A stretch of DNA of 64,000 nt. It comes from a virus (Duplodnaviria; Heunggongvirae; Uroviricota; Caudoviricetes). Below are positions 52,623 through 61,576 of the stretch, piece by piece. The DNA is taken from the IMG/VR virus record IMGVR_UViG_3300021066_000001; one strand, 5' to 3'. The notes below the pieces were generated by a model that did not search any database, was not told where the DNA came from, and was given only the letters and a program-made list of their open reading frames with translations. The stretch's first letter is position 1. Every line of letters begins with the position of its first letter. The position numbers were made by a program, and so were the translations under genes.

Positions 52623-53665
52623 GTGAGCACCGTAACCCCTTCGACGACCTGTGACCCGGTCAGCTCGACGTTTCCACCCACCGACGCTGCACCCTGAACG
52701 GTGACAGTGTCGCGGATCTTGGCTTGGTTCTTGATGACTGCGGCTCCTAGGATCTTGCAAGCGCCTGAGATCAGAGCTGAGCCGCTCACCTTGGCCGCCC
52801 CGCCCACCGTCGCGGTGCCCTCGACGAGGGCGTTGTCAGAGACTTGAGCTGCGCCGAGAATGACCGTGCTGCCCTGGACGCGAGCTGACCCGTAGATCTT
52901 AGCCGCGCCTTGCACTCTCGCGAGCCCGCCGATCACCTCTGCGCTCCCCGAGATCTGTGACGTGCCCGAGACCTCAGCGGCGTTAACGGTCGCGTCCCCG
53001 GCGATCTTGGCTGAGCCGCTTACGGGCGTCGCTCCTAAGACCTCCGCATTTTCGGTGATGACCGCAGAGTCGGTGATCGTCGCGGTGCCGTGCACCGTCG
53101 CGAAGCCTGAGACCTTAGCCGATAAGTTGACGGTCGCGTCATCATAGACCTGGCCGTCGCCCTCGATGATCGCGGCGCCAGTGACGTCGGCGGTGTCATA
53201 CACTTGAGCCCGATCACGGACTAGCGCAGTTCCAGAGACCTTGGCGGTGCCGTAGACTTGAGCATCTCCAGACACGATCGGTCGCTCGATCGTGACCGCG
53301 GTCCAGGTAACCGTGCCGTCGATGACGGTCTGACCCAGCGTGGTCGGCCAGGTCGGCTCGCTCGTGCCCGTAGTGCCCGCTGTCGTGCACTTATAGTTGA
53401 ACTCGTTCTTGACCGTCGGGCGCACGAGCGCGTTCAAGCTCTTCGCGGTAGTTCCTGCCCACGCGGTGACGATCGTGCTGAAGACCTCGCACGAGTCGTA
53501 GAGCTTGGCGTTATCGCTGACCTTCGCTTGCCCGTAGACCTCGGCAGTGGCGGAAACGTAGACGGTTGAAGCGACTACAGCGGTGTCTTCTACCCAGCCC
53601 CCACCGTTGGAGTGTTGGGTAGCTGGTACGGCGCCGCGGCCGTCGCCGAAGTCATGAGTAGGCAT
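52619..53665 (-). CDS. Left-handed beta-helix (hexapeptide repeat) protein with inserted Trp/Thr-rich module
   Basis: Many AxVxGx/AxIxGx hexads; insertion YKCTTAGTTGTSEPTWPT...GTVTW; TAAATA 5 nt before ATG. Confidence 0.8.
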   Translation of the reverse strand: MPTHDFGDGRGAVPATQHSNGGGWVEDTAVVASTVYVSATAEVYGQAKVSDNAKLYDSCEVFSTIVTAWAGTTAKSLNALVRPTVKNEFNYKCTTAGTTGTSEPTWPTTLGQTVIDGTVTWTAVTIERPIVSGDAQVYGTAKVSGTALVRDRAQVYDTADVTGAAIIEGDGQVYDDATVNLSAKVSGFATVHGTATITDSAVITENAEVLGATPVSGSAKIAGDATVNAAEVSGTSQISGSAEVIGGLARVQGAAKIYGSARVQGSTVILGAAQVSDNALVEGTATVGGAAKVSGSALISGACKILGAAVIKNQAKIRDTVTVQGAASVGGNVELTGSQVVEGVTVLT

Positions 53666-53669
53666 GCCA

Positions 53670-54611
53670 CTATTTATGCGGCATCACGACGCCTGCCTCT
53701 ATCCCCCTCTTGAACTTCTCAACGTACTCGGGATCATACATCTCCCAGATCTTGTCGTAGCTCTCCCAGGCGTACTCTCTGAACCAGCCTGACGTGATGC
53801 TCGTGCAGACCTTCCGCAGCGCGATCTCAAAGCTTCGCTTGGGGTCAGTCTCAGGGAAGGGAATCTGAGACCGCTCGAGAGCTAGCACGTAAGTTTCCTC
53901 TAGCACCCCGTAGAGCCGAACGTGCTCTGGAGCCTCGAAGAACTTTTCCCTCGCGCAGTTGACCTCGGCTCCCTCCGCCTTGTAGAGCTGGTAGGCGGGG
54001 ACGTCGAGGTGCTTCATCGCCTCATGGATCGAGTCATGGTCGTAGACGTACTCGACGCCGTCGCCCTTGAAGAAGTCACCCTTGGTGACGTTCAGCTTCG
54101 GGTGCTGGTAGCTGTACGTCGCGCGCTCTCGCTCCTTGAAGAAGTCTCGATGCTGCGGCTGGATCTCCGCGCCGTGCCTTCGTAGGAGGTGGATGTCTCG
54201 CATCGTCTTGAGGAAGTGCGGCGAGTTCTTCAAGTAGCGATGCGTCATCTTCAAGAGGTAGAGCACGTGGATCGACGGGATGAGGACCTTGTCTTGTCGA
54301 ACCGTCTCGGGGTCGCTCTTGATCAGCTTCCAGAGAGCGTATGAGGTCGTCGACGCCTTGGGCCACGCTAGCTCGGCGTCGATGATCGTAAGACCGTTCC
54401 TCACACCATCGAGACTGCGCTTCTTGATGACGAGCTTATTGCCGCTCGAGGTGGGGTAGCAAGCTTCGATCGTGCCGAGCATGCGGTTAGCGAACTCGGT
54501 CACCTCCGAGTACGGTCCGACAACGTCCCAGTCAACCGGAACACGTCCGATCGTGAGAGCGTTGCCCCCGAGTCGTCTGACGAGCGCTTGACTCCCAAGC
54601 AGCGCGATCAT
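53670..54611 (-). CDS. Pol-beta-like nucleotidyltransferase-fold protein with C-terminal helical domain
   Basis: N-terminal LLGS...DWDVV (GS..DxD); C-terminal HVLYLLKMTHRY..NSPHF.KTMRD, YDHDSIH, ITSGWFR. Confidence 0.65.
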   Translation of the reverse strand: MIALLGSQALVRRLGGNALTIGRVPVDWDVVGPYSEVTEFANRMLGTIEACYPTSSGNKLVIKKRSLDGVRNGLTIIDAELAWPKASTTSYALWKLIKSDPETVRQDKVLIPSIHVLYLLKMTHRYLKNSPHFLKTMRDIHLLRRHGAEIQPQHRDFFKERERATYSYQHPKLNVTKGDFFKGDGVEYVYDHDSIHEAMKHLDVPAYQLYKAEGAEVNCAREKFFEAPEHVRLYGVLEETYVLALERSQIPFPETDPKRSFEIALRKVCTSITSGWFREYAWESYDKIWEMYDPEYVEKFKRGIEAGVVMPHK

Positions 54612-54612
54612 C

Positions 54613-54711
54613 TCAGGCTCTCCAACCGTTGATCATGAACTTGAGCACGATCAGGCCGACGATCACCGCGACCACGACCGCTCCGAGGATGCATCCGAGA
54701 ATGAAGCTCAT
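54613..54711 (-). CDS. 32-aa single-TM peptide (MSFILGCILGAVVVAVIVGLIVLKFMINGWRA)
   Basis: Read manually; below the ORF-track length cut-off; fills the gap between coupled genes. Confidence 0.45.
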   Translation of the reverse strand: MSFILGCILGAVVVAVIVGLIVLKFMINGWRA

Positions 54712-54938
54712 CAGCAGCTCCTCGAGCTGGCGCGCCAGCCGTTGTCAAGATCTTCCTCCTCGACGTATCCGCGCTCCTCCGCGACCTTGTCGGGATAGTA
54801 CGTGCCGCCCATTCCGTAGGCGAGGTCAAAACTGAAGGTGACGCCCGCCTCGTCCGCGATCGCCTCAGCCTCCTCGATGAGCTTCCGTGCCTCGTCGAGC
54901 TTCTTCTCGATCTCTTCTCTAGCTCGGGTCTCGTCCAT
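54711..54938 (-). CDS. Small helical protein ending WRASSRSC (paralog 1 of 3)
   Basis: EEIEKKLDEA..L..EAE.IA...GV.F motif. Confidence 0.7.
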   Translation of the reverse strand: MDETRAREEIEKKLDEARKLIEEAEAIADEAGVTFSFDLAYGMGGTYYPDKVAEERGYVEEEDLDNGWRASSRSC

Positions 54939-55117
54939 TAGAAGCAGCTATCCGAGGAAACCCAATAGTCGGTGAAGTTTTCCTCGTTGATCATGTCACC
55001 GAGCTGCGGGGAGAAGGACACTCCTGACTTTCTCGCCAGGTCCTCAGCTTCTCTGACGAGGGTCTGAGCCATCTTTAGCTTCTTCGAGATCTCCTCGAGG
55101 GCTTCTTGTTGAGTCAT
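54938..55117 (-). CDS. Small helical protein ending WVSSDSCF (paralog 2 of 3)
   Basis: QQEALEEISKKL..A..L..EAE.LA...GVSF. Confidence 0.7.
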   Translation of the reverse strand: MTQQEALEEISKKLKMAQTLVREAEDLARKSGVSFSPQLGDMINEENFTDYWVSSDSCF

Positions 55118-55118
55118 C

Positions 55119-55355
55119 TCAGCAGCCGATCGAGCTGGTGGACCACTCTTCGTCGTGGAAGAAGTCCGGGCCGACGACGCCGCGCACGCCACTGTTGAAC
55201 GGCAGGTTGTTTTTGCGCGCGATCTCCTCGGCTTCCTTGATCACGGCGTCGGCTTGCGCCAGCTTGTCCGAGATCTGCTTCAGCGCCTCTTGCTGCGACT
55301 CGGTGAGCTTCTCACCAGTTCTCTCCTCGTGCTCCTCGACGTCCCAGTACGGCAT
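55119..55355 (-). CDS. Small helical protein ending WSTSSIGC (paralog 3 of 3)
   Basis: QQEALKQISDKL..A..V..EAEEIA....PF. Confidence 0.7.
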   Translation of the reverse strand: MPYWDVEEHEERTGEKLTESQQEALKQISDKLAQADAVIKEAEEIARKNNLPFNSGVRGVVGPDFFHDEEWSTSSIGC

Positions 55356-55412
55356 GTGTTACCTCACTTCCAAATCTACCTTTGCTTGGTGATGCGTCGA
55401 TCGAGCGCTCGC

Positions 55413-55988
55413 TCAATCGATAAAGTTGAACCAACCGGTGATGATGTACTTGTGAGCGGTCGGTGAGGGGACGCCGCGATGAGTGAACGTCCAGTCGACT
55501 CCCCAGATGAGCGTCAACCCGATCTCGGGCTTGACCTTGACTCCTTGGTGATAGAACTCAGTCTCGCCCTCGTCGTGAATCGTGTTGAGGTACGTCATCC
55601 ACGCGAGATGTCGTCGACCCGCGGGCTCCGACGCCGCGAACCTCTCGGTGTGCCAGCCGTGGTACGCTTGCCCAGGCTTATAGTACTGCAGGTTAGCCGG
55701 TAACGCGAGGCCCCAGCTCGAGTAATAACCGCACATCGGGTACTTCTCGAGGTAGAGCTTGACCGTCGGCACGAGAATCTCGTTGAAGTACTCGATCACC
55801 TTGGGTTGCTGATCGCAGCTCAGCTCGGTAGACTCCTTGATCGCCGGGTCAAGCCCGCGGCTCATGAGCCCCGCCTTGTGCTCCTCTGAAGAGTCCCAGA
55901 ACAGGCCGATCAAGCTCGAGCAGATGTCAAGCCTCTCGGTGTACCATCCACCGATGAAGTTGTCACGCTCGTTAACCCTGTGGGGCAT
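55413..55988 (-). CDS. 2OG-Fe(II) oxygenase (prolyl-hydroxylase-like)
   Basis: YHGWHTE (HxE), MTYLN....GETEF, FTHRG, KYIITGW. Confidence 0.88.
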   Translation of the reverse strand: MPHRVNERDNFIGGWYTERLDICSSLIGLFWDSSEEHKAGLMSRGLDPAIKESTELSCDQQPKVIEYFNEILVPTVKLYLEKYPMCGYYSSWGLALPANLQYYKPGQAYHGWHTERFAASEPAGRRHLAWMTYLNTIHDEGETEFYHQGVKVKPEIGLTLIWGVDWTFTHRGVPSPTAHKYIITGWFNFID

Positions 55989-56338
55989 CACTTTTCTGGC
56001 TCCGGATCGCATTCACCCCAGTTAGGCTGCCATCTTCGCAAATCTCCTCGATCTGGATCATCCCACCACGGTTTCGTGGCTCTCGTCTTCAACTTCACTA
56101 GCGCGGCCATGCCCTCTTGGATCGTCTTGATCACCCTGGCGCCGGGCGGAATCTCATGCAAGAAGGGCCCGAGGTCGTTCAAGTACGCCAGATCGGCCTC
56201 GGAGACCCGAAGATAAGCGTCGAAGAGACTCGAGTAAAAGTAGAGCTGTCGCGGCTTGGCGATCGCCGCGATGTCTAGATCGTACGAGGCTTCTGGGACG
56301 ACTTGTGGTGGAGCCGACGGCTTCTTAGTCTGCTCCAC
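55988..56338 (-). CDS. Hypothetical protein
   Basis: Coupled ORF. Confidence 0.5.
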   Translation of the reverse strand: MEQTKKPSAPPQVVPEASYDLDIAAIAKPRQLYFYSSLFDAYLRVSEADLAYLNDLGPFLHEIPPGARVIKTIQEGMAALVKLKTRATKPWWDDPDRGDLRRWQPNWGECDPEPEK

Positions 56339-56972
56339 CGCTCGTCAACTTCAATCGGTTGGGCACGATCTCTCCGTGCATCCAGTGATCATCGGTTTGA
56401 ACGTGGTCGACCCGCACGTACTTGACCACCTTCAACCCGAACTGGTCGTACGGGATCTCACCTGCCACCCGCACGACGATGCCCTCTTGCCGCTTGAAAT
56501 CTAGCTCCGCGATCGTGTCCTTGATTCGCTGAAGGTTAAACTTGCCCCGCCAGAGCACTGGAACGGGAGTGATCCCGAGATCAACAAAGATGTGCTCAGT
56601 CGCGGCCCACGCGAGCGAGACGTTGCGGTCGTCCCACACCGAGAACCCCTCGAAGTAGCTTGTCAGGTCATCGTACGCGATCGAGTGCCTCGCGTAGAGG
56701 TTCTCACCGCAGATCCTCCAACCCTCCGGGATCTTGTATGCGAACTGCGCGTGAAAGGCGCGTAGCCAGTTTCTCGACGGGTGATTCTTCGAGTCGATCG
56801 ACCGGGCGTGGAAGTAATTGGTGTAGAGCGACGTGCACTCGCCGTCGCGCTTTTCGGAGACGACGACGTCGACTCCCTCGAACGCGGAGAGGTCACGCAA
56901 GATCTTGTCATCCGAGGTCGCGCCTGGGCTGAACGAGAAGTGCGGAGTACGAGGATATTTCCGCCAGCTCAT
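56325..56972 (-). CDS. RNA ligase family protein
   Basis: KYPRTPH...S.G.T.DD, SEKRDGE (motif I), CGENLYA.HSI.Y, EGIVVR, KYVR..H. Confidence 0.88.
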   Translation of the reverse strand: MSWRKYPRTPHFSFSPGATSDDKILRDLSAFEGVDVVVSEKRDGECTSLYTNYFHARSIDSKNHPSRNWLRAFHAQFAYKIPEGWRICGENLYARHSIAYDDLTSYFEGFSVWDDRNVSLAWAATEHIFVDLGITPVPVLWRGKFNLQRIKDTIAELDFKRQEGIVVRVAGEIPYDQFGLKVVKYVRVDHVQTDDHWMHGEIVPNRLKLTSGGAD

Positions 56973-57219
56973 GAATCTAGCTATATTGAGAGAACGCACG
57001 TTAAATTCAGGATGAAGGCGAATGGTAACATATATCCGTTCACCTGTAAACGGCTCAAGTCAAGAGGCTAACTTCTCAGCACTTTCCAGAAAACAATGCT
57101 CCGAGCAGGAGGATCTCTGCGAGGAGCTCGATCAGCCCGCAGATGACCAAGCCAGTGTCGAGCTCGCTGTTGATACGATCATTCAGCTCAAGGATGATGA
57201 GGGTGAGATACGAGAACAT

Positions 57220-57750
57220 CTAAGCCTCCGTGTAGGTGGTGTCAGGGGGAGTGAGTTGAAATGGCCAAGACACCTCGGCCTCCGTCGCGAAACGAAGCTG
57301 GTCCCTGTCGACGATCAGCGAGACGAAGCGAGGAAACCCTTTCGGATGCGGATCAAAGACGCCGCTACGAGTGTAGTCTCGACCGCCGTCGATCCACACC
57401 GATCCGTCATTCGACTCACGATAATCGTGGCGATAACGGCTCCAGATGACGTCACCATCATCTGCGACAACCGCGTCGATGCGCACCGTCGTGATGTCGA
57501 TCGCTTGGCAGATAAACATCTGGCTACCCTTGATGACGATGCCGAAGTAGTTGGTACACTCGGGTCGACCTCGAGGTGGGTTGGGCTGATAGAAGATCGC
57601 CGCTGGGTAGTCTGTCCACCCCCAGGCCCCCTTGACGCAGGAGTCGAGGATGAACTTAGAGCCTGGATACTTGACCGTCTCAAAGTAGGCGACCGCCTTG
57701 TCCGAGAGGACGTCACTGTTCTTGATGATGTGCACTGCTAGACCTTCCAC
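57220..57750 (-). CDS. Conserved phage hypothetical protein
   Basis: WSRYRHDY...IDGGRDY motif of a kind seen in phage hypotheticals. Confidence 0.6.
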   Translation of the reverse strand: MEGLAVHIIKNSDVLSDKAVAYFETVKYPGSKFILDSCVKGAWGWTDYPAAIFYQPNPPRGRPECTNYFGIVIKGSQMFICQAIDITTVRIDAVVADDGDVIWSRYRHDYRESNDGSVWIDGGRDYTRSGVFDPHPKGFPRFVSLIVDRDQLRFATEAEVSWPFQLTPPDTTYTEA

Positions 57751-57781
57751 GGCACCGCCCGCTAGGGCGGGTGACGCTAGA

Positions 57782-58933
57782 CTACCACCTCACCTGGTTT
57801 CTGGCGGGGCCAGTGGACATCAGGCTGCGGGGAATCTTGACGTCGAAGAACTCAGGGTCGAACGGCATGTGATCCGAGCACGTCATCGCGAGGTACGGGC
57901 GAATCTCGAGGTCACTCTGCTGCTCTGCCTGAGCTACATCTCCGTGTACCCTTGAGGCGACGGAGATCGGGCTGATCGGCGCGTAACGCATCGCGCCTTG
58001 GTACTGGTTGTGAACGTTAGTTTGATCGTCGACCTTGAAGGGCGGCGTCGGCCACTCCTTGTGAAGCCGACCTGCCCCGTGACGAGTGAGGTAGGGTCGC
58101 GTCACGTAGTGAACGTCGAGCTGCTTGAAGATCCCGACTCTCTCGGCGATCTCGACGACGTTCTTGAGGCCAGTGTTAGATCTCGTGACGTGGGGGAAGT
58201 CGTCACGATTGTTTTGGTCGAGAAGCAGCCCTTGTGCTCCCTCGAAGATGACGCCCTTAGCGCTCAGGATGACCTCCTCGCCCGCTAGGTTGACCTTGTC
58301 GGTGAAGTCGAGAGCCTCCTGGATCCACTTGTTCATTACTCCTAGCGAGTCAACCATCGACGAGAAGTAGCTCGTCGGCGTGATGCCGAGCTGAACCAGG
58401 CGGAGGGGCACCCACTGGGTCGCGATCATGTGGACCATGCGTTGGATCGTCGTGCGCTCGTTCTCGTCACGCACGAAGAGGTCCCCGACGCACAGCTTGT
58501 AGTCCGACGTCTCATGGCGATGAACGGTCTCGTTGATCCCGATCCCGCAGCTCCCGTGACGTGAGGCCCCACGCACCTCCTCGGCGAGCTGGTTGATCAG
58601 CATGTCGTAGATCGTCGTCACCGGGGCCTCCGGATTGACGTGGACCACCGGCATCCGATAGTCGGTCAGCAGCTCCTCGTGCTCCTTGTTGAAGAGCAGA
58701 GGGTTGACGATAAAGTGGTGGCTCAGGTACGTCGCGGCGCCTGCGAGGGTCCCGGCGCCGAAGTGATGAAAGACGTGCCGCCGACCGCAAGGAGTGACGA
58801 CGGTGTGACCGGCCTGCGCGCCGCCGTTGAAGCGCACGACCAGCTCAGCGCCGGTCAGCGACGTGAGAAAATCGGTGACGAGCCCCTTTCCCTCGTCGCC
58901 GTAGTTCGCTCCGATGACGACGCACGCTTTCAT
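57782..58933 (-). CDS. purA: Divergent adenylosuccinate synthetase-like protein
   Basis: GANYGDEGKG, RFNGGAQAGHTV, HGSCGIG, FEGAQGLLLDQ, YLTRHGAG. Confidence 0.88.
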   Translation of the reverse strand: MKACVVIGANYGDEGKGLVTDFLTSLTGAELVVRFNGGAQAGHTVVTPCGRRHVFHHFGAGTLAGAATYLSHHFIVNPLLFNKEHEELLTDYRMPVVHVNPEAPVTTIYDMLINQLAEEVRGASRHGSCGIGINETVHRHETSDYKLCVGDLFVRDENERTTIQRMVHMIATQWVPLRLVQLGITPTSYFSSMVDSLGVMNKWIQEALDFTDKVNLAGEEVILSAKGVIFEGAQGLLLDQNNRDDFPHVTRSNTGLKNVVEIAERVGIFKQLDVHYVTRPYLTRHGAGRLHKEWPTPPFKVDDQTNVHNQYQGAMRYAPISPISVASRVHGDVAQAEQQSDLEIRPYLAMTCSDHMPFDPEFFDVKIPRSLMSTGPARNQVRW

Positions 58934-59090
58934 AGCTTGGAGATGTAGCTGACCATCGACGAGGCGACTAAGAGCCCGATCACGGTCGCGATGACAGGGT
59001 CGCCCTTGTTGCGCAGAGCCATCAGGGTCGCCGGAAGTCCGCAGATGACGATCGTCAGGAGAAAGAAAATCGCCTTGGTGACTGGATCCA

Positions 59091-59315
59091 TCAGCCACCC
59101 TTCTTTATCGATCTCATGATCTGGTTCTCCTCGGGGTACGCGATCTTGTAACAGACGACGCCCGCCGAGATCTCCTTGTTAGGAAGAGAGCCCGACTGTA
59201 GACCCATCGCGGCGCACGCCGATTGAACCTGGGTGACCTCCTCAGGAGACATGTGAACCTGCTGAGGTCCCCCACAGCCGAGAAGCGGGAGCAAGAGAAG
59301 AAGCGCGAACCTCAC
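59091..59315 (-). CDS. Small lipoprotein
   Basis: Lipobox LLGC after a short hydrophobic signal. Confidence 0.6.
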   Translation of the reverse strand: MRFALLLLLPLLGCGGPQQVHMSPEEVTQVQSACAAMGLQSGSLPNKEISAGVVCYKIAYPEENQIMRSIKKGG

Positions 59316-60229
59316 AGCTTGACGGCGCCGAGCTTCTTCAGGTCCGCCGGAACGAGGCTACCGACCGCGCGCTTGACGACGATCGAGGTGTCCGGGTCCC
59401 AGCTGTCGACGACGGCGGCGACGTTGTCACCCTCCATCACCTGGATCGTCGAGACGATCACCTCGGCGATCTTGGTGTAGTCCTCGACGAGGAGCGCGCG
59501 TTGCCCGATCTCCTCCTGCCACCGCGGAAAGAAGCGCGAGCCGTGGTTGCCTTGAGCGGTGACGAGGTGGAAGCACTCGTACATCCGGCTCGCCATCTCG
59601 AGGCACTGCTTGTAGGAGAGCGACACTTGCGACTTGTAGCCGAACACCGTCTCGATGTGGTCGGGCGTCAGCGGAGACTTCGGCACCGACTCGTCGCCGA
59701 GCGTGAAGAGGTAGCCCTTCTTCTTGCGCTTCTCGATGCTGTCGATCGAGGTGTGCATCGCCGCGAAGTAGAGCGGAAGGTGGTACGACTCGTAATCGTT
59801 CCCGCCGCCGCCGCCGACGAGCCAGATGTCGGTCAGCTGGTCAACGATGCGGTTGTCGGCCTCGAACTGCGAGACCTGGAGCGGCGCTGGGTCTCGCGCC
59901 GCGACGTCACCGAAGCCCATGAACATCAGGTGCGGGTTCGTGACCGGCTTGCGGCTGAGGATCTCGTTGAAGAGGATGCCCAGGCCCTCGCGCGCGATCT
60001 TGTCGGAGATCGGGTTCATCGAGCCGGTGACGTCGAGGGCGACGATGATCGGCGTCGATTGCGGGTTGTCGACCGAGTCGCGGGACTCTCGCACCTTGAA
60101 GGTGCGGGGGTCGAGCTCGGGCTTGAGCGTCGAGCGCTTGTAGATGCCGCCGACACCCTTGGTGGTCTTGTGAGCCGTCGTGGTCCGGTAAGCGTCCCAC
60201 TCATGCGGATTGAAGGTTCCAGAACCCAT
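59312..60229 (-). CDS. vWA-domain protein
   Basis: MIDAS-like LDVTGSM; GGGGNDYESY; YLFTLGDE. Confidence 0.8.
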   Translation of the reverse strand: MGSGTFNPHEWDAYRTTTAHKTTKGVGGIYKRSTLKPELDPRTFKVRESRDSVDNPQSTPIIVALDVTGSMNPISDKIAREGLGILFNEILSRKPVTNPHLMFMGFGDVAARDPAPLQVSQFEADNRIVDQLTDIWLVGGGGGNDYESYHLPLYFAAMHTSIDSIEKRKKKGYLFTLGDESVPKSPLTPDHIETVFGYKSQVSLSYKQCLEMASRMYECFHLVTAQGNHGSRFFPRWQEEIGQRALLVEDYTKIAEVIVSTIQVMEGDNVAAVVDSWDPDTSIVVKRAVGSLVPADLKKLGAVKL

Positions 60230-60241
60230 GTTGCTTCTCCT

Positions 60242-61273
60242 TTACGGGTAGATGTCGCTAAACTTTGCGTCCAGCTCGACGTAGCGACGCTTGCCGAAGC
60301 TGTTGAGGATGGTCTCTTGCCACTTCTTGAACTCCTCGACGATGTTGTCGGAGCTCGGAGAGGTCGCCCACTCCTTGAGCGGGCGCGGAATCTTGGGATC
60401 GAAGTTCAGAGCTGAGCCCGCAGGGTCGCCGAACAGCTCTCTGCCGGTCGCCTTGATCAGCTCACCGTCGATGCGGTGGTTGGCGTCCTTGTAGGTCGTG
60501 ACGTCGATCGGCGAGTAGAGGACCGTGCGAGATGAGGCGTATCTCATCTTCTGCCCGCGGGGCGTCGCGTACCACCAGCCGGTCACCAGCGACTTGTGGT
60601 CGGGTGACACGAACATCGAGTCGGGCGACAGGTCGTTGTGAGTTAGCTTCATGATGTCGAGATAAGACCCGACGTTGTAGAACCTGGTGATGATCCACGC
60701 CGCTTGCACCGGGTCGAGCTTTCCACCCTTGTGCTCGATGACATCGCGAAGGAGGATCATGTCCGGCTCCTTGGCCAGGACGACAACTAGCTTGTCGGCT
60801 GTCTCGACGCTCGCCAGGATCTTCGGTAGAAATTTTCGAGCATGCTCCTCCATCTTGGCGTCCTTGAACTTAAAGCTCGCGACCGTTTGCTTCATGTTCT
60901 CGACGAGCGCGGCCGCGGCGGGTGACTTATCGAGGAGATAGGAGACCTGCTTGACCCCGATGTAGACGTCACCCAGCTCGAAGGTGCGGTGCTTCTTGAA
61001 CTTGAGGTCATACTCCTTCCCGTTCGTCGCCTTGATGCGCAGCGCGTACGGGTTGAACCAGATTCCGAGCTTGAGCTTCTCGCACCCCACGTCGTAGAGC
61101 TTGTTGACGTGAGTCATCACGTCACGATTGGCCTTGGGATTTTGGTCAGGATGCCAGATCTTAACGAGAGCGCGCCACTCTCTCTTCATCGTGTCGGCGT
61201 CATCGGTGAAGATCGCCTCAGGGCTCGTAGCGGAGAGGAGCTCGGCCTCCGTTAGCTTGTCCACAGGACGCAT
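60242..61273 (-). CDS. J-domain + protein-kinase-like fusion
   Basis: WRALVKIWHPDQN (HPD J motif); C-terminal THNDLSPDSMFV kinase-like catalytic loop, GWWY. Confidence 0.72.
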   Translation of the reverse strand: MRPVDKLTEAELLSATSPEAIFTDDADTMKREWRALVKIWHPDQNPKANRDVMTHVNKLYDVGCEKLKLGIWFNPYALRIKATNGKEYDLKFKKHRTFELGDVYIGVKQVSYLLDKSPAAAALVENMKQTVASFKFKDAKMEEHARKFLPKILASVETADKLVVVLAKEPDMILLRDVIEHKGGKLDPVQAAWIITRFYNVGSYLDIMKLTHNDLSPDSMFVSPDHKSLVTGWWYATPRGQKMRYASSRTVLYSPIDVTTYKDANHRIDGELIKATGRELFGDPAGSALNFDPKIPRPLKEWATSPSSDNIVEEFKKWQETILNSFGKRRYVELDAKFSDIYP

Positions 61274-61533
61274 CAGAAGTTTCGAGCTCGCTTCTCGTTG
61301 AGCTGCTCGACGAACGGAAGGGCCAGGTTGTACACCTCAATGACGCGATCAGCGAGCTCGCGCTTGTCGCTCTCGATCTTCTCGACGACCTCTCGAGCGT
61401 TCTCGGTGGGGGAGACGAAGATCGGGTAGTACTCGTTCGCAAAAGTGTCTTGCATCACCAGGACGTGGGTCGAGCCTCGCAGCTTTCCGCGCTCGAGCCA
61501 ACCGTGAATCTCTTCCATGGCGATGCCGCTCAT
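61273..61533 (-). CDS. Hypothetical protein
   Basis: Coupled ORF upstream of the J-kinase gene. Confidence 0.55.
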   Translation of the reverse strand: MSGIAMEEIHGWLERGKLRGSTHVLVMQDTFANEYYPIFVSPTENAREVVEKIESDKRELADRVIEVYNLALPFVEQLNEKRARNF

Positions 61534-61576
61534 ACTTTCAATGGTATCACAGATAAGCTTCGGGGTGAAACAAGAT

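Noticed and set aside
57782-58933. PurZ / 2-aminoadenine (Z-genome) pathway
   Set aside because: The P-loop reads YGDEGKG with the PurA catalytic Asp, whereas PurZ has Ser (GSTGKG). No DatZ/MazZ-like neighbours were recognised.
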